DNA from: Felis catus
Taxonomy: Eukaryota
DNA length: 64,000 nucleotides
Direction of reading: 5' to 3'
Assembly: GCF_018350175.1 (NCBI RefSeq)
Contig: NC_058368.1
Coordinates: 81,036,001 to 81,100,000, forward strand
Position 1 is the stretch's first letter; every line of letters begins with the position of its first letter. Positions 35,286 to 47,815 of the stretch are shown here, in pieces. Both the position numbers and the translations under genes were made by a program. The notes beneath the pieces were generated by a model. That model was not told the origin of the DNA. It saw only the letters and a program-made list of their open reading frames with translations, and searched no databases.

Positions 35286-36077
35286 GAGGTCCTGGGGGGG
35301 GGGTCTCATGACCTTGCTCCACACTGGTTGCTGTTTCTCCCCCCAGGTCTTCACCACAAGGCCTGTGTCTTGGGCTCTTTCTGCTCTTTTCCACGAGCAT
35401 TTGGTAGGTTGGTAGAGAAAGGACCTGCAAGGTCATGCAGGCTCCCCGAATTTCTGCAGCCCCAGGGGCTCGCGCTGGGCCTCCGCCAACCCTCAGCCAT
35501 TACCAGTTGTGTCGTCTTGTCTCTGTTTTAGGTGACCCGCGTCTGCGTCTCCCTGCAGTACTGGGTTGCAGAGGCTGAGCCTGCTGTTGGCTCTGCGACC
35601 TCAGCTCTCTGACAGGTCCGGGCCAAGTTGTGGATTTGGAGTCAGGCTGCTTCTTTCTCCCTGTAAGGATGGGAGCAACATTCCTTCCAAGGCAGCCCGT
35701 GCTGGGGTGGAAGCTGGAAGCCTCCAGGACCCAAGGGGGCCCAGCGCACACGGGAGCGGGGATGTCTGCATCCCAGGGCTGTCGGCCTTGGCTGCGTGCT
35801 GGTCTCACCCAGGACACGAGGCTCAGCCTCGGGTTGCACAGAGCTCTCCCGGCGGCTCCAAGCACAGCTAAGGCGGCAACCAGCTGTCTGGTCCTTTGGG
35901 AACCTGTTGCTTGCGGTCAGCCCGCTGTCTCCACGCTGGTGAGTGCGTCTTCCTCCGTAAGAGCCTGTTCTGAACTGATGACGGTAGCTGTTCCTTTCAT
36001 CCATCCAGTAAAGTAGAAACACCAACGGCCTATTTATGCCTTTTCCTAACAATGTGTGCCAAAAATGACTCCAACAA

Positions 36078-36298
36078 GGGGCACCTGGGGGGCTCAGGCA
36101 GTTAAGCATCTGACTCTCGGTTTCGGCTCAGGTCATGATGTCACGGTTTCATGAGTTTCAAGCCCCACATCGGGCTCTGTGCTGATGGTGCAGAGCCTGC
36201 TTGGGATCCCCTCTGTCTCCCTGTCTCTCTGAACCTTCCCTGCTCACGCTGTCTCTGTCTCTCTCTAAATAAATAAATAAAATTTTAAAAAATGAAAT
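36078..36298 (+). mobile_element. Felid CAN-SINE
   Basis: GGGGCACCTGGGGGGCTCAGGCAGTTAAGCATCTGACT..(CT)n..AAATAAATAAA; TSD AAAATGACTCCAACAA(G) starting at 36062 and 36299. Confidence 0.95.
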
Positions 36299-36954
36299 AA
36301 AATGACTCCAACAAGACAAAAAAAAACCAATTTTGAGTTCTCTCTTTGGCTGATGATGCTTTTTGAAGCTTGCCAGAGGGATAGCTAATTGGTATCTGGT
36401 GTTACTGTTTACTGGAGACAGAAGTAAGAGTCAATCTCATATAGTCTAATCAGTTTGGTGAAAAAACCCCAGATATATATGGGTTTTTTTTTCTGATTTC
36501 CCAATCCAATTACCCATTACAATTATTTTTCTTTCCATGAAGTTGCTATTTGGCATTGAACTCTGTCACTGTCAAAAAAGCGTTGTGTTTGGCATTTGGT
36601 TTCCTTATGCCCATCTTAAGAGCCAGCTGCTTTAATTTCATCATTGCTCCCTGGACATAGGTTCCTTGAAACAGCTTCAACGAGCTCTCGTCTCTGAAGG
36701 AAATGGATCGATTCCATGAAACATAGTCACGTTTCAGGCAATACTGTCCTAACATCTACTGTCTCCTTCTGCTCCAGCTGACACTCTGGTTGAGGTGTTT
36801 GGACATTCCAAAGGCTGATTAGCCGTTGTTCCTGGGCTTCCCTGGTTTTGCTCCTCTGTGCACATCGGACCAGGAACAAGCCCATCTTGCCTGACCCCAG
36901 ACTGTCTTTGTGGTCTTGCACATTCTGATGGCGTATGTGACACCTCATGTTTGG

Positions 36955-37102
36955 GCTTCTGAAACTTGTGCATGCATCCGATTCCCCGGGGGTCTCTTAG
37001 ATTGCAGAAGGAACAGGAGGCTGGGGGTGGCCGGGGTCACGCATCGTTTTCTAGCTCCCAGGTGGCACCGGGGCTGCCGGTCCCTGGACCACACTTCGAA
37101 CG
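36955..37102. mobile_element. MER5A-like element
   Basis: AAACTTGTGCATGCATCCGATTCCCCGGGGG..AGCTCCCAGGTG..GCTGCCGGTCCCTGGACCACACTTCGA. Confidence 0.65.
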
Positions 37103-38382
37103 TCCATGTGCTAAAGGAGCGAAGTAAAAGGTGCAAAACCCCATTTTATCAATTTCTGGAACTTCTTATCCTCCTAATTTTCCAAAAGTCCCAGCCCAGG
37201 TTTTAAAGGTTCAAATTACTAGAATATTCTTCCTGACCTTATCTTAGAGATCTCTCTGCACAGCATGAGGGCAGGAGCCCAGCCTCCGGGCCCAGAGCTG
37301 AGTGGGCATGCCCGGCGAGGCCCCGTGTTACATGGAGGGCAAGGAGGCAGCTGGCACTCACCCCTCCTTTCTCCTTCCTTCCTCTTTTCTCCCGGCCAAG
37401 CCCCTACTGCACCCCCCACCCCCAAGCTGCAAAGCCCAGGCTCACTCACGGGAGCCAGGACGATACCTGAGACCTTGCTGGAACGGCCTGACATTGGTGC
37501 GAGGTCATGCAGTACTGTCTGCAGACCCCTGACGGGGGGGTGTCCCCGGTGCCACCTTGTGTGTTCTCAGCTGACTCCCCTTTCTGGGCCCCGTGTGGGG
37601 CTCTCTGGGTGCATCTTTTGGGAGGACCAGGCAGTGCTCCTGGATGCGTCTGGATCTCACACTGAATTTAATGACCATTCACACACTAACAGTGATGCCC
37701 AGCGGGACCCTACCTCTCTGTCTCCCCGTGGCTGTCATGACGATCCCTCACATCCGAGAAAACCATATCGTGTGCTTCATTAACTCTCTTCACCCTCCAC
37801 GTGCAGAGGCTCTGGATATTCACTGAAATGAGAAATCAGATCATATTATTCTTATCTCCTGTTTGATAGAACAGTCCAGAGAAAACTGACGTACACCTAC
37901 TGACCTGGAGTGTTTTCTTCAATTTTTTTTTCCAAAGCGATTTGTCATTTACTTGGTTTTGACAACTATGAGCATGAAGTCATCATCTGAAAACATTGTG
38001 ACCCCCTAAGACAGTACTGTGGAAAGAACACCATGTGCACATCCAGGTCAACTACCTGGCTGTTCGTTCAGCCGCACCCCCTGACTGTAGGAGAGCGGAC
38101 TCACAATGCCGGGAGGATGGTGTTCATGGGCGACTCCAACGTGACCCTTTCTACTGGGAATTAGGATCACACGGGCCCCACAGATGCTAGTCACATGTGC
38201 CCGAAGAGCTATGACAAGTGTCTAAGTGAGGTGGCTCAGGACTTACTGGAGGGAGGGAATGAGCAAATGGGCTGGGGAAAGTTTGGAAGTTTTGAACAAG
38301 GCCAAGGCAGCTCAAGAATTCCATCCCTTTCAGGAGAGAAGTCTGTTTATTAGGAATGGGCATTACATTCTAATCAGGGAGA

Positions 38383-38565
38383 TTAATTTGAGAGAGACGG
38401 AGACAGCACGAGTGGAGGGGGACAGAGAGAGAGAGGGAGAGAGAGAATACCAAGCAGGTTCCACGCTGTCAGCTCAGATCCTGACATGGGGCTCAAACCC
38501 ACCAAGCCATGAGATCGTAACCTGACCAAAAATCAAAGTCAGAAGCTTAACTGACTGAGCCCTGG
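38383..38565 (-). mobile_element. Diverged, partial CAN-SINE
   Basis: (GA)n tract, CCAAGCAGGTTCCACGCTGTCAG..CCATGAGATCGTAACCTGA..CTTAACTGACTGAGCC; no clear TSD. Confidence 0.88.
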
Positions 38566-39854
38566 CAAAGGATGTCTTGAGATGATTATGGTTCTCTGTG
38601 CTGTGTGCCACCAGCAGGCGTCTGTGCATGGACCTGTCTGTGCACAGGACTAATCCTCTGTGGCCATGGCATCTCATGCCCCCTGCCCCCTGCTATAATT
38701 CCAGCCAGTGATATTTCATTTATGGCTGTCCTGTCTATGTCCACAGTGCGGTTGGCCCACGGTTCTCTTTTGTTGTTATATTTTTATGAGACTTCGCTGC
38801 AGGATAATGATTGACTAATGGTGTAGCCAGGCAGCTTTCCATCCACATATGCAGGATCTAAAAATCTCCTTTTTCTCATTCCTGCAGAACACACAGGCCC
38901 TTTTGCCTTTGTGAGCAGCAGGGCCAATTTGCTATTTCTTTCTTGGCATTTATACATTTCTTCCGGCTACTTCCTCCATGCGCCTGTGTGGTGGGCTTAT
39001 TTGGCTTTGATAGGGTGGCCCCAGTGGATAGGAACTCCGCTACTTTTTTCGTTACAGCCTTGTTATTATCATTATTAGACTTAGCTATTGTAGCACATGG
39101 GTCATGTACTGAGTATGCATGGCTTTAAATAATGTGACATTTTCCTGGGGCTAGTTTACATTAAATGCTAAGGAAGAATCTGATAATGAGAAAGCAGACA
39201 GATGGGCTTTCTGAAATCAATCCCACAAGAACTCAGTTCAGAGGCCCTCGCTCTTGGAGATACGGTGTGAGGACGTGATCCCTGGAGCTGCAGGGTTTGG
39301 GAAGAACTCACCTGTTAGCAGCTGCCCTGGCTTTTCCTCCCACTGGCCTTACATAAAGATGGTGCCTTCCAGTTGAGGTTGCCAGAAATCATCTCTCTGG
39401 GCTGCCCACCTGAGAGTGAGGCAGTCCATGGCTGCAACCCCCCCAGTCACACAGGGCGGCGCTCGTTAGGAGAGGGGGGTGGCTCAGTGAGACTGCATTT
39501 ATGGAGCACCTGGTATTGGAGAGGCGAGCAGACGCTGGGGAACAGCCAGCAAAGGACACCGCGTGCCCAGACACTGCCGCGGCTCTGCCTGTGCCTGACC
39601 CGCCTTTCTGCCACCCACTTCTGTGCGTGGACCACTTGGGGCTCTGCTGGGTCCAGGACGAAGTGGGGTCTGGTTTCCAATTCACACATCCTATGGTGTG
39701 TGCATACTCAGTGAAAGCTTCATAACTCCCAGGTAGCTCACAATCCTTAACTGTCTGCTCCTTGAAGGCCCACCCGAGTCCCTGTAGGAGACACCCAACC
39801 ACATCCTGCTCTTACAATATCATTATTCACAGACGATGAAAGAAAAAAACAGAT

Positions 39855-40823
39855 ACATTGGCCTTTGTCAAAATTAAAAATTTTGTGCATCAAAGGACTC
39901 ACCTTCACAGAGTGAAAAGGCAACCCACAGAATGGGAGAAAAGATCTGCAAATCATATATCTGATGAGGGGTTGATATTCAGCATATGTGAAGAATTCCT
40001 ATAATGCAGTAACAAAGAAAACCAACTCGGTTAAAAAATGGGCTAAGGACTTGCATAGACATTTCTCCAGAGGAGACACGCACGTGGCCAGTAAGCACGC
40101 GAAAAACATGCTCGGTATCACTTGTTATTAGGGAAATGCGAATTGAAATCACATGGGTACTGTGTCCCACCCGTGAAGGCGGCCGCTCTCAAAAACCCGA
40201 ACACAAGTGTTAGTGAGGGTTGTGTGCTGCTGTGAGAATCCAAAAAGGTACCGTCGCTGTGGAAAACAGTAGGACAGCTCCTCAGGAAAGTTAGCACAGA
40301 CTTACCGTATGGTCCTACAGTTTCACCACCGGCTATTTACTGAAAATAGTGTAGTAGCAATCCCAGGTATTGATACGCCCATGATCTCAGCAGCCAGAAG
40401 GTAGAAACAACCCAGACACCCATCAGCAGATGAATGAACCAGCAGGAGTGGGATGTTGTGTGTGCAGAGGGACATTGTTCAGCCTTAAAAGGAAGGAGAT
40501 CCTGACACCTGCTATAAGATGGATGAAACTTGAAGACGTAGGTGCTGAGCAAAATGAGCCAGACACAAAAGGCCAAAGACTGAGTCTGTGTATGTGAAGT
40601 AGTTAGAAATTCCCAGAGACAGAAAGCAGAACAGAGGTCACTGGGGTGGGGAAGGGGAGAGAGGCATTACTGGTTTATGGGGATAGAGCTTCGGTTTGGG
40701 GAGATGAGAAAGTTCTGGACACAGACGGTGGGGGTGGCCGCACAGCTCTGGGAATGTGCGGAATGCCACCGAGTTGCATATTTGGGGTGACGGCACGCCT
40801 TGGGTTATGTGTATTTTACTACT
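39855..40823 (+). mobile_element. L1MB-like 3' fragment (ORF2 end and 3' UTR)
   Basis: AAAATTAAAAATTTTGTGCATCAAAGGAC..GGCAACCCACAGAATGGGAGAAAAGATCTGCAAATCATATATCTGAT; 3' UTR GGGGAGATGAGAAAGTTCTGGA. Confidence 0.88.
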
Positions 40824-40893
40824 ATAGAGAGTATCGCGTCCGAGGAACTGGTGCTGCTACTGGGAGTGCTGGCTCAAGATGTGACATCTGTAT

Positions 40894-41114
40894 TGTTTTT
40901 TTAAATTTTTTTTAATGTTTATTTATTTTTGAGAGAGAGAGACAGAGTGGGAGCAGGGGAGGGGAAGAGAGAGAAGGAGACACAGAATCCGAAGCAGGCT
41001 CCAGGCTCTGAGCTGTGAGCACAGAGCCCGATGCGGGGCTCGAAGTCATGGACCGTGAGATCATGACCTGAGCCGAAGTTGGACGCTCAACTGACTGAGC
41101 CACCCAGGCGCCCC
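40894..41114 (-). mobile_element. Felid CAN-SINE (SINEC_Fc)
   Basis: Full-length body; 14-bp TSD TGTGACATCTGTAT at 40880-40893 and 41115-41128. Confidence 0.96.
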
Positions 41115-42559
41115 TGTGACATCTGTATCTTGCCAACACAGGGCTCTCTGTTGGGAGAGTGTGATTCATCTTGTTAGAAAAAAAAAAAAAAAGGAAAACA
41201 CAGGGTAAAGAAGATTCTCATGTTATTTTGCTCAGATTTTGTTCTAAGATATTCTAGACCTAGATTATTGCTTCGGGCATGGGAAATCCGGAACGCCGTG
41301 ATAGGATCTCAGGTTGGGAGGACTCTTACGAGGTCACCGTCTTGCCCCCGTCTGCAGCTGTCGTATCATTTAAATTATCCCGGGTGGGCAGTGGCCTGTT
41401 CTTCTTATGAAAAAGATCTCTTCATGTCCCATTTCAATTTCAAGCATTTCACTGGCACGAGAATGTTCTCTGTGGATACCCTCAGGCACTCTGTTCAGGA
41501 GAACATCTGTGGAGTGCACACCGTGACAGTGCCTGGTCTCAGCATGACGGGGCCACCCGGATTTCCTGACGAGATCGCAGGGGGGTCCCCCAAACCAGCT
41601 TCCAGTCAGGGGTGTGGACAGAAGGTGAAGGCCACAGACTGCCTCTCTGCTGCCTCCTCCCCCATGTGTGGCCCCGTGTCCTCCCTCACCTCACCCAGGC
41701 TCCAGGCACCGTTGCCGTTCCATGTTCTTTCCGAGCCCTCCCGAGTCCTGGACATTTTCCCCCTGCCCCTTGTGCTGGCTACCTTGTCGGTGAACCTGTG
41801 TTCTACAAAGGCTTTGTGGAACGCACAAAGGGAATAAACGCCCATGGTACACAGCTATTAAAATGGAATTATGTACTGTTTTCGTCCACTGCCCCAATCC
41901 CCTTCCAGAATTTGCCAAATCGTTCGATTTCATCTTCTATTCTGGAAGTCCCTAATCACAGATGTTGATACTATGGCACAGTCACTTTTTGGTTAGGATG
42001 TACAGTGAACACAAGTCTAGACCTTAGGGAAGTCAAGTTGCTGGCGACTTGTCATCTGTCACTTGTAGGGTCAAATTATTCTGTTATCTAGTCACTGGTC
42101 AGATAGAGAGGAGAATGGGTTGTTTGGGGAACACAGCAGTTTATCATCTTGGTTTGTGGTTGCTCCGTGCAGGGCTATTCCCCCTGACCCGTCGATCAGC
42201 TGGTTTAGAGGGTCCCACATGCACACCTTTGAGGCAGAGAGCGGAGGCGCTGTCCTATACATGCGGAACCTCGGGCTTACGAGACCATCCCCCAGATAAG
42301 CAGCCTCAAACCCGCGTCTTTAACATCCCATTGTTATAGAGCCAAGATGAGCAAAATCTCCTGTCTAAAATACGGTCAGGGTACAGTATGGCATTCTATG
42401 GCGTGACGTGAGGCCCGGCCACCTGGGGAGGCCAGTGCTGCCTCCCCAGGCTTCTGAGCATGGCGTGCTTCTGGTTCTCCATTCCTCGTCCTGGCCGATC
42501 TGCCGGCTCTGATGCCTGCCTGGAAGGAAACCCGGAGGGGTGGGTATTGATGTAGAGAT

Positions 42560-42800
42560 GAAGTCAAATGCCATTATAACATGCAGCCTATAGTCGAACT
42601 GTTTAATCTGCCTTTGTTATCTGTCACATTGCTCGATGACAGAAAGCAATTGCATTACCGATCTATAAAGCTGGAGTTACTCCCTGGGTGATAATTGACC
42701 AGATTGGTATTTCTATTCATGCGTTTTTAAAAAGAAGGTAAAAGTGGGTTGTGTCCAAGTACAGCATTTGATTGTGTTAATAAATGTGATAATCAGGTTT
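42560..42800. promoter_or_regulatory. Putative conserved non-coding element
   Basis: AT-rich block in GC-rich surroundings; SOX-like CCTTTGTT 42611-42618, inverted TCTGTCA/TGACAGA 42620-42643, TAATTG. Confidence 0.45.
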
Positions 42801-43596
42801 GGATGTACAACCAAATGCCTCCCACGAGCAGTGCGGTCGCCCAGCCTGCTGGGTCCCTGTAACCATATAGAACCAGAGGCCATTGTCCCTAAATTGCTAC
42901 ATTTGTGGTACAGGATTGCTTCAACGGTGCCCACTGGAGTTATTTGTTCTAAAAACAAAGTTTTAAACGAAGAGTCCTGTAAGAAAACAACATTCTGCTT
43001 CTTTTACCCCTTCCTTCCCTTCTTAAGAGAGTGTTCAGAATTTGGACGCCACGAGGCAGGAATCCCTCAAACCACAGAGAAGAGGCTCTCCAGTCTGGAC
43101 TCCCGTGGTCCACCAGTCCAGGGCCAGCCTGCCTAGTTCTCAGCGGGGCAGCCGTGGAGGCCCGGCCCCCGGGGGGGTGAGCCCTGCTATCGCACTCCGA
43201 CCGGCTCCAGGGATGTTTGCTCGGCTCGTGGTACCTCTGCCTTCTTCTCCGGGGCTCAGACGCACTGAAGGGCCGGGACCGGCCTCGGGTGGAAGGACAC
43301 CAGGCTCGGAGACAGGTGGGCCCAGGGTTAGATCCACCTCTGCCCCCCCTGAAGGCTCACTCTCAGCCAAGCCCCCCATTCTGTCTTGGTCACGTCTCCT
43401 GATGTCTCCATCTGTGGAAAGCAGCTAGAGTTTCCTGCCGTGGGGGTTTGCTGTGAGGCCACAGGGCAGCCCCGCAGAGCAGCCCCCCTCCAAATAGCCA
43501 TAACGAGACCAAGACCGGTTATTCATATTTATAGTGTTGATTGCAACTGTCTTCCTTGGGTTTTGAATCTTGGAAGTCCAATGATCAAAGCAGAAT

Positions 43597-43597
<1 letters not shown>

Positions 43598-43630
<33 letters not shown>
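43598..43630. repeat. (CAA)11 microsatellite
   Basis: Perfect trinucleotide run. Confidence 0.97.
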
Positions 43631-45286
43631 AAAGAGGTGTATTATGTGGAAAGAGCAGGGCCAGGTCTTTGCCATTGACCTGGTGGGGTGGGCAAGTGAC
43701 CCTGCGTGTGTGTGCCAAAGACCGGTCTTGAGTGTCGGGGAGCAGCTCCACACAGGGGCTGGTTTGCTCATTGGCGGGTGTCGTACCCCCATCCTGGGGT
43801 GATGGTTGCTCGGGGACTTTGTCACGAAATGCAAGCATATGTGGAGATGCCCCTACAGCCCCATAGCACCTTCAGTGTAACGGGTGGGATAGGAGTCCTC
43901 CTTTTAATGAAACACTCACCTTCTGGGAGCCTGTTGGCCACACCGCTCAGGGGCTCCTGGCCGCCCTGCACCTGACGCTGGCTCCGGAGGGAGGAGGCTG
44001 CATGGCTTTGCAGGAGGTTTAGGGAGTGGAGGGATCAGCGGCAGTAATGACCACCCTGGCTATTCACTCTGCCCTCTTGGGTGGCCTCAGAGCTGCAGCA
44101 ACACCCATGTGACCTCTGGGTTGGCTAGAAACGCTGTGGTCACAGCTTGTTCCGATCTGTTTTCAGGATCGTCTGGGAGAGCCAATGGGAAATGGGTACA
44201 AGACCTTGAAGCCTCCAGCTTGAGGCTTTCCCATTAGGCAGGGAGTGCAGAACGCTGGCCTTTGCGGCAATCTATCTTCCGTCTCTGTTTCTGTGACTCC
44301 CATCACCATGGTATCTCAGATCCTGGCAGGCACGCAGCTAAAAACAGAACCTGGGGGTGGGGGGAGTGTGCCCTTCCTGACTTCGGATCGTGTGGAGTTC
44401 TGTTCTTCAGGGAACAAACTGAGAGCAGAGAGCTGGCTCCCTCCTCCCCCCAGGTGCCCTGACAAGGCACCGACCTTCAGGCCTTGGGGCGTAGGCTGGC
44501 GTCTGTAGTCTGTGTCTCAGCCTCCAAAGTGGGGGTGCAAGCCCACATCACTCAGGGCCTGCTGGGATTTCGGTGCCTGGGATTCTCACTCATCCACATG
44601 CATCTGGAGGCCTGTGCCGGGCCAGGGGCGTGCCCCGTCCTCCAGCTGAGTGCTGGGTCACGGGAAAGTGCTCTGGTAACAGGTGCAGTGGCGGAACCTC
44701 CGCAGAAATGCTCCGGGGTCTCCAGGGGGCTCCCACGGGCTGTATGGAGAGCTCGGCACGGGCCAGGCTGGGACTTGGACCAGTTGGAGTGGCCTGGACC
44801 TACGTGGGAGCGTCGACCCAGGGCGGGCAGTAGAAGGTGATGCGGCAGGTACACTGAGTCAGGGCGCTTCCACTCAGCCAGTGCTTCGTGAGCTAAGGCC
44901 CCACATGACACCTGAGGTGTGAGAGGCGGTGGGGTGGACCCCAGAGGTGCCCACCGATGCCCACAAGGGGGTGTGGACGCGAGGCAAGGCAGTTTGCAGC
45001 CAGGGAGGTTTCACTGAGAAGTCATTGACCAAATGTTAATGTCATTGACCAAATGTTTCACGGTGGGAATTTTCTGTCGCGTGAGGGTGTTTTCAGCAAG
45101 AGGTCAGCACGTAACATCGTAAGCAGAATGCCTCTTCCCGTGACGTGGGCATGCATTTAAATTCGTGGCATGTTCCTCTTGCGTGAGAAGGCCGCTCTCC
45201 AGGCACAGCGGCGTTTCCGAGCTGTTTCTCACCGGCACACGGGTTTGGCGGATCCTGCCGTGTGTGGCTGGTGGGTGGTAATTCTA

Positions 45287-45304
45287 GCTGCCCCCTGATG
45301 GTGC
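45287..45304 (-). promoter_or_regulatory. CTCF-like motif
   Basis: Reverse strand GCACCATCAGGGGGCAGC is close to the CTCF core CCASYAGRKGGCRS (one mismatch). Confidence 0.4.
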
Positions 45305-45544
45305 AGACCTAGTGTCCATGTGTCCTCCTCCTTGAGCTGTGTGACTGGGGAGGACAGGAGTCAGCGATGAGGCATCTCTGGGGTGAACCGGCTGCTGGCG
45401 GAGGAACAGAATGTCCTTTCCAAGAGGAGAAAGGGCAGAAGGGGTCAAGGCCTCCCTGGGGCTGCGGCTAATCTGGCCCCTGCTCTCCAGGGCTCTGCTC
45501 TGAGGGCAGACTTTGAAATTATCCCCGCCTCTCCATCTGGCCCG

Positions 45545-45870
45545 TGAACACGGCTCGCCTGGAAATAGGGTCTGTGAGGGTGATCGCAGTGAGGTGAGGG
45601 CACGGGGCGGCCCTAACCCAACATGACTGGTGTCCTTCTGGAGGGAAACTGACACAGAGATGGACACACTCAGAAGGGAGGCCGTGTGGCGGCCCAGGTG
45701 GGTCATCCGCCACAAGCCGTGGACCGCCAAGGCCAGCAGAAGCTGTTGTCCAGTGGCCTCGGAAGGAACCCACCTCCCGACGCCTCCACCTGGAGCTTCT
45801 TGACTTGAGAATGGAAGTTGCAGTTGTTAAAGCCAGGCTCACATGTGGGACACTGTTAGGGCAGGAAACT
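45545..45870 (+). mobile_element. MaLR solo LTR (MLT1B/C-like)
   Basis: TGGAAATAGGGTC..GCCCTAACCCAACATGACTGGTGTCCTT..GAAGGGAGGCCGTGTG..GTTGTTAAAGCCA. Confidence 0.75.
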
Positions 45871-47489
45871 AACAGGCCGACCTTTCGATTCAGTGGCACA
45901 GACCAGACTGGCTCCTGGGCCACTTAGAAGAACGTCTCATGGATCCTTCACAAAGACGTCTTGGGAAGGTTTACTTTGAGGAGATTGCACGTTTAACGAG
46001 AGGCGTGCCCTGTGTTTGAACCTGCCGTCCAGGCTCTGGGAGGAGGGGCCGTCCGTCAGGATGACACCTTCATGGCCTGACCAGAGTGAAGCTCATGGCC
46101 GGGGCATCTGGGCCTGTTTGTAGAGATTGGGATGCTGTCCTCTGAGGGAGCACGGGGCGGGTCCAGGAGCCTCCGTCAGTGATAGTGCAGCTGTCTGCCT
46201 TTATTTCTTCTTTAAATTTCTGATCGTTCATCAGTTTAGATACATCCTGTGTGATAGCTTTTCATCAGATTTGGCTGTTTTTCTGCCTTTTATTCTGGCT
46301 GTGTTCAAGTGCTCGGCTGTGATCACTTTCAGCGACATCGCTTAGAAAACGCTGATAATTAGATTTAAATCATAAAGTATGCTAATGCATGCAGATAGTA
46401 GCAGGATAAAGATTTCAAAGGCAACTTAATGTATTCTTCTCCTTGGCAGAAGCCAAGCAGAGCTGTTTGGATAGTAGGTTATCTGCTGCCGTAAGACCAG
46501 GGAGGTTACACGAGAGGAGCCCGAGAACCCTCGGGGGCTGTGCTCAGGGTTCTTTGGGCTGGACCGCTGTCACAGTTAACAACAATTATGCTTCAGTTCT
46601 TGAAAACGCTTTCCGAACGTGTTCCATGCGTAGTGCACATGCCCTCCTGCACGGCTCAGTCTTTCCTTGCTGTGCATTTGTAGGGTGTCTGGTCTCTGGA
46701 AAACACCCATCAGGTGTCTGTGGGTGTCTTAGGGTCTCCAGCGTGGCCCTGCTCTTGGGGACATCAGACAATGGACGTATAAATGCAGCTGTCAGGTTAC
46801 ACGGATCCTCTGCCCACCGCGAGCTAGTAGGGAAGGAGAGGACACGTGACTCACAGAGCAGACAGTCTCCACATGGGAGGTGGGGGGTGGACATCAGCCC
46901 TGCAGGGCAACCAAATGGGGGCAAAACATGGTCTCAGCGGCTGCACTCAGGCTGAGATGACCCCGGAGATGTTCTGGCCTCAGCAATTGGGAGGAGGTGT
47001 GCGTCTGGAGACGGTTTCTGGATGGTGGGATTAGGAAGGAGGTGGGTGTGCTGTCCGCTGTGTGTGCAGCACTGAGAAGGGCCTAGAACCTTTGTGAGGA
47101 GGCAGGTGGATGGGCACCACTGGCGGAAGCTGGGGTTGCACATGCTCTGGGACGTCTCAGCATAACGTGGCATTGTACAAGAACGAGCCCATAGGGTGGA
47201 GGTGAGGACTTGGCCAGCATCAGGAGCTAGGAGCAGACACCCCATCCTGTGACCTGGCACTAGCTTGGGCAGAAAGACACCCGGCGGCTTGTGCAGGACT
47301 CTGCCGGGAGCTGGCCCCTCCATCTTCCAGTTTGCTGTCCTCAGGGGGCGACACACGGGGGACCACTCGGCTCCAAGGGAAGAGGGGAGGCGGGTCAGCT
47401 CTGCAGCCTGCAGCCGGCCGGACCCTTCACAGAGGTGAACGTAAGTGTCAACAGGGCCAGTCTAACACCGAAACGGAGAAGGATATTCG

Positions 47490-47815
47490 TGCAGTTTAGC
47501 CTTGAGCCAGAGACTCAAACAGCTCACACACTCACAAGGCCTGCCCTGGCCACTCTGTCAAATCTCCTCGCCTGGCACCCCATCCCCCTGCAGCAATCCC
47601 CCCCCCTCACTCCGCCCCGTGCCTGGGCCACACTCTACAGCTGTGGGTTCTGTACCCAACAGGCAACACACTTTTATTATTGCTTGTTCTCCAGCCCCAC
47701 CCATTAAAGCACGGGCCCATGAAGGACGCATGCTTTGCTTGGCACTGACCAAGTCCAAGGGCTCAGAGGGGGCCTGCAGTACAGGCCCAACACGTGTTGC
47801 TGAGTGCATGGATGG
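47490..47815 (+). mobile_element. L2 3' fragment
   Basis: CCCATGAAGGAC..CCCAACACGTGTTGCTGAGTGCATGGATGG resembles a decayed L2 terminus. Confidence 0.45.

Larger units (their letters stand above)
29140..35530 (-). mobile_element. Old mammalian L1 (L1MC/MD/ME-like) cluster: 3' UTR, ORF2 pieces, ORF1 and 5' region, with nested insertions
   Basis: ORF2-like SDKGLLPKIYKEYLK (30771..31076) and MSLIADDTIIY (32284..32550); ORF1-like AEEMFEGTLLTNAPKLMAGTKPQIQSAPRRPSRI (33778..34080); may be more than one element; ends approximate. Confidence 0.8.

Noticed and set aside
39330..39830. Possible old L1 5' or LTR fragment (also 24250-24600 and 44570-44740)
   Set aside because: Repeat-like by eye but could not be assigned to a family with any confidence.
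43386..43838. Poly-Asn, poly-Val and poly-Leu ORFs
   Set aside because: Produced by the (CAA)11 microsatellite.
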